A stretch of DNA of 25,103 nt from Clostridiales bacterium (lineage in GTDB: Bacteria; Bacillota; Clostridia; Christensenellales; UBA1242). Every line of letters begins with the position of its first letter. Positions within the stretch are counted from its first letter, which is position 1. The stretch is from the NCBI GenBank assembly GCA_003453435.1, contig DMLH01000034.1, positions 1 through 25,103 on the forward strand, in the 5' to 3' direction. Shown piece by piece: positions 1 to 9,539 of the stretch. The notes under the pieces are model-generated. The model had not been told where the DNA came from. It did no database searches and saw nothing but the letters and a program-made list of their open reading frames with translations. The position numbers were made by a program, and so were the translations under genes.

Positions 1-399
1 TTTTAATTCTTCTAAAGTAAACCACTTAAAATTGAGATGTTGAATTTTACCTTTGTCAAGTTCTTCTCTGTAATAATCAATTGTTTTAATTTCGCTTTTG
101 TTGTTTGCTTCAACAATGTAGTAGTACCCTATCTCGTGAAGTTGAAAATTATCTTTACTTGTAAAAAAGTTTTGATTTATTGCAACAAGCCTTTTGATTT
201 TTACTTCGTAGCCAAGTTCCTCATGCATTTCTCTAAGCACGGCAGTTTCTGTGTCCTCGCCAAGTTCAACATGACCACCTGGCAAACAGTAGAAATTGTT
301 ATCGTTCATTTTAACTGCTAAATACTTTCCGTTGTGTTCCAAGATTCCACAAACTCTAAATTTGAATTTTGCATTTTTAGTGTCAATTTTTATATCCAT
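1..399 (-). CDS. NUDIX hydrolase (3' end runs off the window)
   Basis: Not in the ORF track. Manual translation from ATG 399 gives MDIKIDTKNAKFKFRVCGILEHNGKYLAVKMNDNNFYCLPGGHVELGEDTETAVLREMHEELG, containing the Nudix box Gx5Ex7REUxEExG. RBS GAGGT upstream. Confidence 0.93.
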   Translation of the reverse strand, partial: MDIKIDTKNAKFKFRVCGILEHNGKYLAVKMNDNNFYCLPGGHVELGEDTETAVLREMHEELGYEVKIKRLVAINQNFFTSKDNFQLHEIGYYYIVEANNKSEIKTIDYYREELDKGKIQHLNFKWFTLEELK

Positions 400-428
400 T
401 TGACTACCTCAAATTAATTATATCACAA

Positions 429-457
429 TAAAAAAATCTTGCAAAATATTTGCAAGA
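429..457 (-). terminator. Probable intrinsic terminator of the DUF3343 gene, overlapping the -35 of the Nudix promoter
   Basis: Minus strand TCTTGCAAA-tat-TTTGCAAGA followed by a T-run. TTGCAA-16-TATAAT with TG extension at 417-444. Confidence 0.6.
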
Positions 458-528
458 GTATTCCTAACTTTAATTTTGCTAAACAATGCATGTTAAAAAC
501 TAAATAAATTATGAAATTTTGCAGGACA

Positions 529-792
529 TTAATTTACAGGTGTTAACCTTGTTTGATTATACATAAAACTAACGCGGTAAAATCTAACAAAGTTTTTTAT
601 GCCACTTTGTTTTAAGATATCCTTTGCTCTTTCCAAATTTTTTATATCAAACCGAACACTTATTCCACAACTTGCACTTGCGGCTTTTGGTGTTTCAATA
701 ACAAGGCTTTTAACTCCGCCCCTATTAAGTGCACTATTAAATTGCATTGTACTGGTTCTAAGTGAAAAAACTGCTATAATATAATCGTTCAT
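529..792 (-). CDS. DUF3343-family putative Se/S carrier-like protein
   Basis: 87 aa with motif TPKAASASCGISVRF, RBS AGAGGAG, divergent from a cysteine desulfurase (a usual association). Confidence 0.75.
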   Translation of the reverse strand: MNDYIIAVFSLRTSTMQFNSALNRGGVKSLVIETPKAASASCGISVRFDIKNLERAKDILKQSGIKNFVRFYRVSFMYNQTRLTPVN

Positions 793-926
793 AATAATCT
801 CCTCTTTGGTTATGTAACAAAATTAACAAAAAAAATAACGCTATAATATATTATTACTGAAAACATTTTTGTGTTAAACAAAAACAAATGTTTACAAAAT
901 AAAAAATTAAGAAGTTTGGAGATTTT

Positions 927-2066
927 ATGATATATCTTGATAATGCTTCAACAACAAACAAAAAACCACTGTGTGTTAAATTGGCGGTAAAAAAAGCACT
1001 GAGTAAAAAATATTGTGCAAACCCCGGCCGAAGTAGCCATAATTATAGCATTAACGCAGCGCAAGTTATTTATGAAACAAGAGAAAATTTGAATATTTTT
1101 TTTGGTGGTTATGGTGCTGAAAATGTTGTGTTTACTAGTGGTTGCACCGAGGCACTTAATCTTGCAATTTTAGGAACATTAAAAAAAGGTGGCCATGTTG
1201 TTTACACAACCAATGAGCACAACTCTGTTGCAAGGCCTTTAGAATATTTAAAAAACAAAAAAATTATAACCACAACCCTAGTTCAAACAAATATAAATGG
1301 CATAATAGAACCAAGCAAAATTGAAGAAGCCATTACAGATAAAACATACTTAGTTATTGTAAACCACACAAGCAATGTGACTGGTGCAACAAGCAATATA
1401 AAAAAAATTGGTGAAATTTGCAAGCAAAAAAATGTAATGCTACTTGTGGACACAGCCCAAAGCGCAGGACATCAAAAAATAGATATGAAAGACTTTGGCA
1501 TATCAATGCTGGCTGTTGCAGGGCACAAAGGATTACTTGCATGTCAAGGTGTAGGCGCATTGCTTTTTAATGGAAACATAGAAATAAAACCACAAAAATT
1601 TGGTGGCACAGGCACAAATAGCGAACTTTTGCTTCCACCTGTAATTTATCCGGATAGTCTAGAGGCAGGAACCAGCCCAACACCTGCAATATTCTCTTTA
1701 AATGCAGGCGTTAAATATATAAGCAAGAATTTTGATAAAATAAATAAAAAAATATCAAAATTAACAAAATACTTGCTTGATGAACTATATAAAAAGGAAA
1801 ATTTAAAAATTTACACTGCAAAAAATTGTTTTAATGGTGTTGTTAGTTTTAGGATTAACAATGTTTTGCCTAGCGAAGTTGTAAACTATTTTAACCAAAA
1901 CAATATTTGCATAAGAAGTGGCTTGCACTGTGCACCTCTTTGCCATAAAAAATTGGGCACAATTGATGGTGGCACAATTAGAGTTTCTATTTCAAGTGCT
2001 AATCACAAATGGGAAATTAAAAAATTTATAAAGTTATTGGATAAATTTTTAGAACAAACAAAATAA
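927..2066 (+). CDS. Cysteine desulfurase family protein (class V aminotransferase)
   Basis: IYLDNAST, HNSV, DTAQSAG, PLP-lysine GHKGL, catalytic RSGLHCAP. RBS GGAG. Confidence 0.93.
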   Translation: MIYLDNASTTNKKPLCVKLAVKKALSKKYCANPGRSSHNYSINAAQVIYETRENLNIFFGGYGAENVVFTSGCTEALNLAILGTLKKGGHVVYTTNEHNSVARPLEYLKNKKIITTTLVQTNINGIIEPSKIEEAITDKTYLVIVNHTSNVTGATSNIKKIGEICKQKNVMLLVDTAQSAGHQKIDMKDFGISMLAVAGHKGLLACQGVGALLFNGNIEIKPQKFGGTGTNSELLLPPVIYPDSLEAGTSPTPAIFSLNAGVKYISKNFDKINKKISKLTKYLLDELYKKENLKIYTAKNCFNGVVSFRINNVLPSEVVNYFNQNNICIRSGLHCAPLCHKKLGTIDGGTIRVSISSANHKWEIKKFIKLLDKFLEQTK

Positions 2067-2088
2067 GAAAAATAGTAATATATATAAC

Positions 2089-2117
2089 AAAAAATGCCAG
2101 ATAAATGGCATTTTTTT
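2089..2117. terminator. Bidirectional intrinsic terminator
   Basis: AAAAAATGCCA-gataaa-TGGCATTTTTTT between convergent genes. Confidence 0.8.
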
Positions 2118-2129
2118 ATAATTGATTGA

Positions 2130-2831
2130 TTAAATGAATAAATTTTTGTTTTTTACATCATCTTTAACTGTTTGCATGGCTTTGTTTTCAAGCCTTGATA
2201 TATACGACCTAGATATACCTAATTTTTTTGCAACTTCTCTTTGTGTAAGTGCTGGCGTGTTATTCAATCCATACCTCATGCAAAGTATTTGATATTCTCG
2301 CGTTGAAAGTTTTTCTTTTAAAATTTTGTCTATTGTTTCAGCAATCACTTTGTTTTCGGTTTGAATTGCAAGTTCATCATTATCACATCCAACAGTATCT
2401 TCAAGTGTAATTTCGTTACCGTCTTTGTCCTCGCCAAGCGTATCTTCCAAACTATAAACTTGATTATGCTTTTTTGTCATACGGATAAGCATTAAAATTT
2501 CATTTTCAATGCATCTTGCGCAATATGTTGAAAGTTGACTGCCCTTTTCACTTTTATAACTATCAATACCCTTAATTAACCCAATTGTACCGGCAGAAAT
2601 TAAGTCATCTGCATCACCAGCATTGGAATACTTTTTAACAATGTGTGCAACAAGCCTTAAATTGTGTTCTATAAGTTTTTTACGGGCTTTTTTGTCACCA
2701 TCCTCCATTTTTTTAACTAGTTTTCTTTCTTCCTCTAGCGTTATAGGTTTAGGGAAGCCGGTTGCAGTGCCAACAAAACTAGAAAAGCACATAATTTTAC
2801 TTAAAAAATTTATAAAACTATCTAAAATCAT
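2130..2831 (-). CDS. sigK: Sporulation sigma factor SigK (pro-sigma-K), uninterrupted
   Basis: Short hydrophobic pro-sequence, then FPKP, LIEHNLRLVAHIVKKY, DDLISAGTIGLIK, YCARCIENEILM, DKDGNEITL, LTQREVAKKLGISRSYISRLE. Confidence 0.92.
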   Translation of the reverse strand: MILDSFINFLSKIMCFSSFVGTATGFPKPITLEEERKLVKKMEDGDKKARKKLIEHNLRLVAHIVKKYSNAGDADDLISAGTIGLIKGIDSYKSEKGSQLSTYCARCIENEILMLIRMTKKHNQVYSLEDTLGEDKDGNEITLEDTVGCDNDELAIQTENKVIAETIDKILKEKLSTREYQILCMRYGLNNTPALTQREVAKKLGISRSYISRLENKAMQTVKDDVKNKNLFI

Positions 2832-2862
2832 ATAACCCCTTTAAGCAGTGTCGCTTGTAAGA

Positions 2863-2892
2863 TATATATGATTTTTTATGATTTTTTATGAC
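2863..2892 (-). promoter_or_regulatory. Putative sigma-E-type promoter of sigK
   Basis: Minus strand GTCATA-16 nt-CATATATA, built from a 10-bp tandem repeat (CATAAAAAAT). Matches sigma-E spacing; the last -10 base is off-consensus. Confidence 0.5.
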
Positions 2893-2930
2893 GAAATTTG
2901 GCAGTTTTTAGGAAAATAGTATTGAAATAT

Positions 2931-4127
2931 TTAATCTATAAGTGCTAAAATAACCTGATTTAAAAGTTTAAAGCCTTGGTCTGTGCAAAATAAGTTATCA
3001 CCTTTAATTTTAATTAAATTATTATCAATTAAGGTTTTAATTTCTGTTTTCTTTTTAGTTAATAAATCAAAACCAAATTTACTTTCAAATGCCGAAAGGC
3101 TAATACCATTTTTAGTTCTTAAGCCCAGCATAACGCACTCTTCAATTTGGGAATTTACATCAACATGCTCCAATTCACACTTTTCAAGTGTTTTTAGTTC
3201 AATTTGCTTAAAATAGTTTTCAAAATTATCGGTATTTTTCCATCTTGTGCTATTTATATAACTACTTGACGTAAGACCAAGTCCTAGATATTCATTATCT
3301 GTCCAGTACTTTAAATTGTGTTTGCTTTCGTAGCCTTGTTTGGCAAAATTGCTAACCTCGTACATCTCTACGCCATGCTTTTTTAAATATTCTTTAGTGA
3401 AATCATACATTTTTACTTGCAATTCTTCACTTGGTAATTTGTATATACCTTTATTCAAATTTTGGCAAAGTTTTGTGTTTTCTTCAACAATTAAACCATA
3501 GGCCGAAATGTGTGGCAATTTTAGTTTTATTAAATGCCTAAGTTCTTTTTTTATATGATGCATTTTTTGTGTTGGTATGCCCAAAATTAAGTCGGCATTA
3601 ATATTTTGAAAGCCTTTTTGTTTTGCAAGATTAATTGCCTTGTCAAATTGTTTTTTTGTGTGCAACCTACCAATAAGTTTAAGTAGTCTGTTGTTATATG
3701 CTTGTAGACCTACTGACAGCCTATTTACGTTTGCAATTTTAAATTCATCCAATTTTTCACTGGTTAATGAATTTGGGTTACACTCCACTGTAATTTCCGC
3801 ATTTTTGCTTACATTAAAACACTTTTTAATTTGAGATATTATTTTGAAAATTTCACCATTTGGCAAACAAGTGGGTGTTCCTCCGCCAATAAAAATGGTG
3901 TCTATAACATAATTTTTATAACTAGAGGATGTAAAAGAAATTTCCTTTAACAAAGCATTTACATATTTGCTTTTATACTCGTCATTTTTGCAAAAAGATA
4001 TAAAATCGCAGTAATCACATTTTTTTTCGCAAAAAGGTATGTGCACATAAATTCCCAATAATTCTTTTTGTTGCACATTTTTTGTGCTTTGCTGTTGCTT
4101 TTCAACTATTTTTTTATACGAATTCAC
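2931..4127 (-). CDS. hemW: Radical SAM heme chaperone HemW (HemN-like)
   Basis: YVHIPFCEKKCDYCDF (CxxxCxxC), GGGTP, HNLKYW. Start placed at GTG 4127, 6 nt below TTGCTT-17-TATAAT (likely leaderless); the ORF track start is 4142. Confidence 0.88.
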   Translation of the reverse strand: MNSYKKIVEKQQQSTKNVQQKELLGIYVHIPFCEKKCDYCDFISFCKNDEYKSKYVNALLKEISFTSSSYKNYVIDTIFIGGGTPTCLPNGEIFKIISQIKKCFNVSKNAEITVECNPNSLTSEKLDEFKIANVNRLSVGLQAYNNRLLKLIGRLHTKKQFDKAINLAKQKGFQNINADLILGIPTQKMHHIKKELRHLIKLKLPHISAYGLIVEENTKLCQNLNKGIYKLPSEELQVKMYDFTKEYLKKHGVEMYEVSNFAKQGYESKHNLKYWTDNEYLGLGLTSSSYINSTRWKNTDNFENYFKQIELKTLEKCELEHVDVNSQIEECVMLGLRTKNGISLSAFESKFGFDLLTKKKTEIKTLIDNNLIKIKGDNLFCTDQGFKLLNQVILALID

Positions 4128-4192
4128 AAATAAATTATACAATTAAAAAAAAATTAAAGCAACTTTAATATTACTTTAATTTTTTACTATTT

Positions 4193-4939
4193 TTATCTGC
4201 TCAAAATTTTTAAAACTCTGCTGTCATATTCATCTTTTGTTATGACGCCATCTTGCAAAAGTTGTTGACACTCTTTAATTTCTTGCACCCTAGTTTTTTT
4301 AACTAAACTTTGAGACGCTTTCGATTTTTTTGTATTTTTTTCTTCGGTTTTTACTGGCTCGCCATCCTCGGCTGGTTTTTTACTTTGCTTAAACTCATTA
4401 ATTTGTGGTACTGAAATTTCATCGACATTAGCAGTTGTTTGCTTTACTATTTGTTTCGAAATTTCAGTATCAGTGCTTTTAATTTCGCATTGGATGTTAT
4501 CATTTACATCGTACGGTTCTTTTTGCTCATCAGTGTTGCCAATGTAAGTTGCATTGTAAAGTTCGTCATCGTGCTTATAAAAATCCTTGTGATAAATTTC
4601 TGTTTTGTAAATTGATGGTTGGCACAACAAATAAATTATTACAATTGTTCCAATAACTGGAATTATAGTTATAAGCAAAAACAATCCAGAGTGTCCTGTG
4701 TCGTGTAATCGTCTAACGATAAGCGACAAACCCGGCAAAAACACAATTACACCATATAATGATGCAAGTGACCCTGCAACCATCAAAAACACGTCAATGT
4801 CTGCAATAAAAGGAAGTGCTAGAAATTCAATTAAAAAACTAAAAAGCAAATTAAAAAGTGTTGCAATCCAATACTCCTTTATGCCACTTCTGCCCCTAAA
4901 GTCTAAAAAATTGGTAAACATTTGTAAATAGTATTTCAT
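4193..4939 (-). CDS. DUF805 membrane protein with C-terminal SHOCT-like domain
   Basis: FRGRS..EYW and VRRLHDTGHSG motifs, TM helices, C-terminal LLQDGVITKDEYD. RBS GGAG and TTGCAA-18-TATAAT promoter at 4959-4988. Confidence 0.85.
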   Translation of the reverse strand: MKYYLQMFTNFLDFRGRSGIKEYWIATLFNLLFSFLIEFLALPFIADIDVFLMVAGSLASLYGVIVFLPGLSLIVRRLHDTGHSGLFLLITIIPVIGTIVIIYLLCQPSIYKTEIYHKDFYKHDDELYNATYIGNTDEQKEPYDVNDNIQCEIKSTDTEISKQIVKQTTANVDEISVPQINEFKQSKKPAEDGEPVKTEEKNTKKSKASQSLVKKTRVQEIKECQQLLQDGVITKDEYDSRVLKILSR

Positions 4940-5055
4940 TTTAACTCCTAACTATATTATTATATCAAAAAATAAAATAGAATTGCAAACAAACAATTCT
5001 ATTATATAAATTTATTGCAAATGAATGCTTAAAACATAAACTTGACAAATTAAAG

Positions 5056-5457
5056 TTAAATGTACATGCTTTTAGATTTAAAATAATCGTTCCTTGCATT
5101 GTTGTACTTTTCCGCTAGGTCAAATATGTACTTTTGTTTTTCAGTTTCAGTCATAACTGCCATAAGTTTACTGTCAGAAAGTTCCTTAAGCGGACTAATA
5201 CAATCCTCGTTCCTACTCAACAGTTCATACACCCTATTTTGAAATGCCTCCTGCTCGGCGTAATCATTTATAACCTTAATTGTTATTTCAGGCGACTTGC
5301 ACTCACTTTGCATTACCATGCGAATATGGTTTTGAAACGCAATACTTCTTTTAATATTTTGATTTTCTTCCTTGTTTTGATAACTGCAATGTCTTAGTCT
5401 GTTTTTAGCATCCATTGCAAGTTTTTTAAGTATATTGTTTTCTGTTTTATCTTTCAT
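5056..5457 (-). CDS. Hypothetical protein (133 aa)
   Basis: RBS AAGGAGA upstream of ATG 5457 (MKDKTENN), TATAAT at 5480-5485. No family recognised. Confidence 0.75.
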   Translation of the reverse strand: MKDKTENNILKKLAMDAKNRLRHCSYQNKEENQNIKRSIAFQNHIRMVMQSECKSPEITIKVINDYAEQEAFQNRVYELLSRNEDCISPLKELSDSKLMAVMTETEKQKYIFDLAEKYNNARNDYFKSKSMYI

Positions 5458-5504
5458 AATTTTCTCCTTGTACAATAAAATTATAGTACAAAAAAACCAG
5501 CAAT

Positions 5505-5513
5505 TGTGGATAA
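5505..5513 (-). promoter_or_regulatory. Perfect DnaA box TTATCCACA
   Basis: Plus strand TGTGGATAA, overlapping the -35 position of the promoter for 5056-5457. Confidence 0.5.
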
Positions 5514-5713
5514 TAACAAAACAAGTCATAATAGAGTAAAAACAGACAAATATAAATGGTTTTTAACAAAAAGCAACATTCATTTTACATTTTATTTCAC
5601 AATTTTTTGTAATTGTAATTTTAAAATGTTTAATATTGCGACAAAATCGACAAAACCTATCAAAACTAGCAATTTTGATTTGATTTTTTTTATAATAGTT
5701 GTATAATTAAAAT

Positions 5714-6124
5714 ATGGATAAAAAAGATTGTATTTTTTGCAAAATAATAAAAGGTGAAATACCAAGTTATAAAATTTATGAAAATGAGTTTGTTTACGCT
5801 TTCTTGGATATTGCAAAGGACTGCTATGGCCACACTTTAGTAATTCCTAAAAACCATTGTGAAAACTTTTTTGATGCGAAGGAAAAAGATTTGTGTGAAG
5901 TTATAAAAGCCATAAAGTTAATTTCAAGTCATTATAAAACCGTTGGATTTGATGCTGTTAACATTATTAATGCAAGCGGAAAGGAAGCAGAGCAAAGCGT
6001 TTTTCACTTACATTTTCACATAATACCTAGAAAAGAAGACGACGGGCTTAAAGTTTTCCCAACCCTGTTAGGCACAAGCGAGGAACTATCCGCCCAATGT
6101 GAAAAATTAAAAATTAAAGAATAA
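5714..6124 (+). CDS. HIT family nucleotide hydrolase
   Basis: DCIFCKII, GHTLVIPK, histidine triad HLHFHII. TATAAT 6 nt before ATG and no RBS (likely leaderless). Confidence 0.93.
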   Translation: MDKKDCIFCKIIKGEIPSYKIYENEFVYAFLDIAKDCYGHTLVIPKNHCENFFDAKEKDLCEVIKAIKLISSHYKTVGFDAVNIINASGKEAEQSVFHLHFHIIPRKEDDGLKVFPTLLGTSEELSAQCEKLKIKE

Positions 6125-6158
6125 ACATTAAAAATTAACTATATATTAAAAATATAAC

Positions 6159-6191
6159 AAAAAAGTGCAAGTGTATAACTTGCATTTTTTT
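6159..6191. terminator. Bidirectional intrinsic terminator
   Basis: AAAAAAGTGCAAGT-gtata-ACTTGCATTTTTTT. Confidence 0.8.
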
Positions 6192-6197
6192 AAATTT

Positions 6198-6330
6198 AGT
6201 CTATGTTATGAGATACAGCATCATCGCCATTCCTATTTTCGGGATGACAATGACTAAGTCACTATATAGACTGACGCATAAAATAGTCAAAAGTCGCCTA
6301 ATACGTGGCTTAAATATCACCGGCTAGGTT
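6198..6330 (-). ncRNA. Putative structured RNA of unknown family downstream of rnj
   Basis: GC-richer than its flanks. Long hairpin AGUCUAU..UCAUUGUCAU..AUGGCGAUGA..AUAGACU whose G-U pairs work only on the minus strand, two smaller hairpins 5' of it, and a terminator after it. Confidence 0.45.
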
Positions 6331-6344
6331 TATAACAAAATACA

Positions 6345-8369
6345 TTAGTTTTCAAACACAAAGGCAAGCACCATTGGCCTTCTTTTTGTTTTACGGAAAA
6401 AGAAATTTGAAAGTGAGCGCCTTATGTCATTTTTAATAATTGAATAATCGGTTTGCCTTTCTGGGTTTGCGTTTAAAGTGTCAAGTATAAATTGCTTTGC
6501 CTCTTTAATAAGCGTATCTTCGCCATCATACACAAGGCCACGAGATATAATTTCTGGGCCACTTGTAATTTCGCCGGCTTTGTTCATGCTTATAATAACA
6601 ACTGCAATTCCTTCCTCAGAAAGTTGCTTTCTGTCACGCAAAACAACACTTTCAAGTTCACCATATCCAAGGCCATCAACAAGCCTGTTGCCAGATGGAA
6701 TTATTCCTGCTTTGCTTATACCTTTGCTGTTTACTTCAATCACGTCACCAATAGATGGCAAAACTATATTCCTTGCTTCCTCACCCATTGTAATGGCTAA
6801 ATCCTTATGCAGTGTTTGATGTCTAAATTCTCCATGCACGGGCATAAAGTGTTTTGGTTTAAGTAAATAATGTATAAGTTTAAGTTCTTCTCTATAAGCG
6901 TGGCCTGAAGCATGCACTTCAGCAAGTTGATTATAAATTATTGTGCAACCTATTTTGTACAAATTATTCATAACGTTATTAACGCTCTTTTCATTACCCG
7001 GAATTGGACTACTGCTAAAAATGATACAATCATTGCTGTCTAATTTTATTTTTTGGAAATCTCCGCTAGCCATACGTGTTAAAGCACTAAGTGGCTCGCC
7101 CTGACTACCAGTTGTGATAATTAAAAGTTCACTGTCCTTATAATAATTGACTTTATCTATATCAATAAAGATATCCCTGTTAAATTTAAGTTCGCCAATT
7201 TTATAAGCCGTTTCGGTCACATTAACCATACTTCTGCCTGTAAATGTGACTTTTCTGCCATATTTTTCAGCAAGGTCTAAAAGTTCTTGCAAACGATAAA
7301 CATTACTTGCAAATGTTGCAACAAAAATTCTGTTATCCTTAAATTTTGCAAACAAATCATCAAGTGCTTTGCCAACAGCCTTTTCGCTTAAACTGTTACC
7401 CTCTCTTTCTGCATTTGTGCTTTCACTTGTAAGTAGCATAACGCCCTGTTTTCCAAGTTCGGCAAATCTAGTTAAATCTGTAAAATTATTATTGCGTGGT
7501 GTGTAGTCAATTTTAAAATCTCCCGTATGCACCATAAGTCCCGCTGGGCATGTTATTGCAAGTGCAAAACTGCCCGCAATGCTATGGCATACATTAATAA
7601 ACTCAACACTAAAAACACCAAGTTTTACAATATCTCGTGGTTTAACCGATATAAGTTTGGCCTTGATTTTTGGAAATTCTTTTAATTTGTTTTCAATAAG
7701 TGCTATGGCAAGTTTACTGCCATAAACCGGAACATTTATGTCACCAATAACATATGGTATTGCACCAATATGGTCCTCGTGCCCGTGGGTTATAACCATA
7801 CCGCGAATTTTGTTTTTGTTTTGAATTAAATAAGTGATGTCTGGCACAACAAGGTCAATGCCTGGCATATCCTCCGCATATGGAAATGTGGCACCACAAT
7901 CAACAATAATAATATCATTGCCATATTCAAGCGCCATCATGTTTTTACCAATTTCTCCAACTCCGCCCAAAAACATAACTTTAAGTGACCTTCCACTTTG
8001 CTTACGTTTTGTGCCCTTACTGCCCAAACCAATCATTTGATTAAGATTTCTGTTATTAACATCAATAATTTCAATATTACCACTATTTTTTTTCTGCAGA
8101 TTTGGTTGGCTTGCATTTTTTTTCACATTTGCAATTTGCTGTTGAGGGTTTGCACTTAAACTTTTTTGTGCTTTTGGTTTGTTAAAGTTTTTAGGAAGCC
8201 CTGCATTATATGAGTGCATTCTAGGTTTTGCCGTTATTTGCACTTGACCCGCATTTTGCGCCTCGCTAACGTTTGAAACTGAGCCCATGCTTTGTGTTTG
8301 GCTTACGCCTTTTGTTTGACCAACTTTTTGTATACTTAAATTTTGTTGGTTTTTTAATTTTTCGTTCAT
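6345..8369 (-). CDS. rnj: Ribonuclease J with long low-complexity N-terminal extension
   Basis: LGGVGEIGKNM, THGHEDHIG, HTGDFK, TGSQGEP, HASGHA, PVHGEFRH. RBS CAGGAG before ATG 8369. Confidence 0.95.
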   Translation of the reverse strand: MNEKLKNQQNLSIQKVGQTKGVSQTQSMGSVSNVSEAQNAGQVQITAKPRMHSYNAGLPKNFNKPKAQKSLSANPQQQIANVKKNASQPNLQKKNSGNIEIIDVNNRNLNQMIGLGSKGTKRKQSGRSLKVMFLGGVGEIGKNMMALEYGNDIIIVDCGATFPYAEDMPGIDLVVPDITYLIQNKNKIRGMVITHGHEDHIGAIPYVIGDINVPVYGSKLAIALIENKLKEFPKIKAKLISVKPRDIVKLGVFSVEFINVCHSIAGSFALAITCPAGLMVHTGDFKIDYTPRNNNFTDLTRFAELGKQGVMLLTSESTNAEREGNSLSEKAVGKALDDLFAKFKDNRIFVATFASNVYRLQELLDLAEKYGRKVTFTGRSMVNVTETAYKIGELKFNRDIFIDIDKVNYYKDSELLIITTGSQGEPLSALTRMASGDFQKIKLDSNDCIIFSSSPIPGNEKSVNNVMNNLYKIGCTIIYNQLAEVHASGHAYREELKLIHYLLKPKHFMPVHGEFRHQTLHKDLAITMGEEARNIVLPSIGDVIEVNSKGISKAGIIPSGNRLVDGLGYGELESVVLRDRKQLSEEGIAVVIISMNKAGEITSGPEIISRGLVYDGEDTLIKEAKQFILDTLNANPERQTDYSIIKNDIRRSLSNFFFRKTKRRPMVLAFVFEN

Positions 8370-8480
8370 AAAATCTCCTGTATTTATTTTCCTTTTTTGC
8401 ATTAAAAATACATTCTATGCAAAACTAATTAATTTTATCATTTGCACTTTGATATAAATTTTAATTAAATTTTTTAAAAT

Positions 8481-9416
8481 CTAAATTATATCCTTTAATT
8501 TTTGAAAACTGTCTCTTTCTTCAAGTTTTTTAGGGTTTACAATGTGCTCTGTGTCTACGTAATATCTCATGCCAAGTGTTTCAAAATACATAACCTCGCC
8601 AAGTGTTGCTGTCATAAGTGTAGTTAATGGCAAAGTGACAAGCATTGCAACACCAGCAGTTAATGCAAGTGCTAAAAGATTTAACATGAACACAGCAACT
8701 GTATAAATTAAAAAACTTGAGTACTTTTTAAAGAAACTGCGTGTTGCTGATTTGAAACTCATTTTAAGTGACTTAAGAACTGACTCACCATTAATAATCA
8801 TTGCAGGAATCCATCCAGCAATAAAAGTGTTTTTAAATGACAAAACTAGCATTAACAATAATAGCACTAATACAATTGCAAAAACACCAATTTTTGTGTA
8901 CAAAGTTGAAGCTAATAAATAAGCACCAACCCAAATAAATATATTTATTGGCACAATTGTTATAAGCTTAACAACTCCCAAAACAGTTGCCTTTCCAAAA
9001 TTTGCAACATAGCTATTTGTAAAACCATACTTTGTTAAACTGCTCATGTATCCATAAACATTTTGATGTAAAGCAACTTTTGCATAATTTTCTAGCAATG
9101 ATATCAAAATAAGTACAAAAGTTCCACATAAAATTGTTTGTACTACAAGTGCATTTCCTGATATTATTTCCACAAAGCTTTTAACTATGTCGTCCACAGT
9201 TAAAAACACCTTTTCAAAATTAAGTGTGAAAACAATGCTCTCGAAAGAGTTCTGCAAATTAATAAAAAAATTATTTTTAATTAGTACACTTATTATAGGC
9301 CAAGCAATAACAGTTGTCAAGCCCAAAACACAAAGTAAACATAAAAATCTATACAAAAGCAATTTCCATATGTTGCTTGAGTTTACAAGACTTAATTTCA
9401 ACATATCCTTTAGCAT
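8481..9416 (-). CDS. Hypothetical multi-pass membrane protein
   Basis: 311 aa, about 6 hydrophobic segments, RBS AGGAGAAGGA. Confidence 0.8.
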   Translation of the reverse strand: MLKDMLKLSLVNSSNIWKLLLYRFLCLLCVLGLTTVIAWPIISVLIKNNFFINLQNSFESIVFTLNFEKVFLTVDDIVKSFVEIISGNALVVQTILCGTFVLILISLLENYAKVALHQNVYGYMSSLTKYGFTNSYVANFGKATVLGVVKLITIVPINIFIWVGAYLLASTLYTKIGVFAIVLVLLLLMLVLSFKNTFIAGWIPAMIINGESVLKSLKMSFKSATRSFFKKYSSFLIYTVAVFMLNLLALALTAGVAMLVTLPLTTLMTATLGEVMYFETLGMRYYVDTEHIVNPKKLEERDSFQKLKDII

Positions 9417-9539
9417 AATATCCTTCTCCTGTTAAAATTCAAATAATTTATTTAAATTAGTTCCATAATATTTCATTTTACTTAATTAAATTGTTAACAG
9501 CGTCAACAAAAATTAACAAAATTTATAATCACAATACAT

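Noticed and set aside
37..321. 94-aa plus-strand ORF
   Set aside because: Antisense shadow of the Nudix gene. The other short opposite-strand or nested ORFs in the track were rejected for the same reason.
2130..2831. skin-type element interrupting sigK and linked to the phage genes
   Set aside because: sigK is continuous and full length, and no recombinase is present.
5506..5816. Short ORFs in the divergent promoter region (5506-5706, 5592-5816)
   Set aside because: AT-rich, no RBS, overlapping promoters and the HIT gene.
6198..6330. SRP RNA, 6S RNA, self-cleaving ribozyme or a 39-aa plus-strand ORF
   Set aside because: Diagnostic motifs are absent (SRP domain IV, 6S terminal stem, hammerhead CUGANGA core), and the ORF has no RBS.
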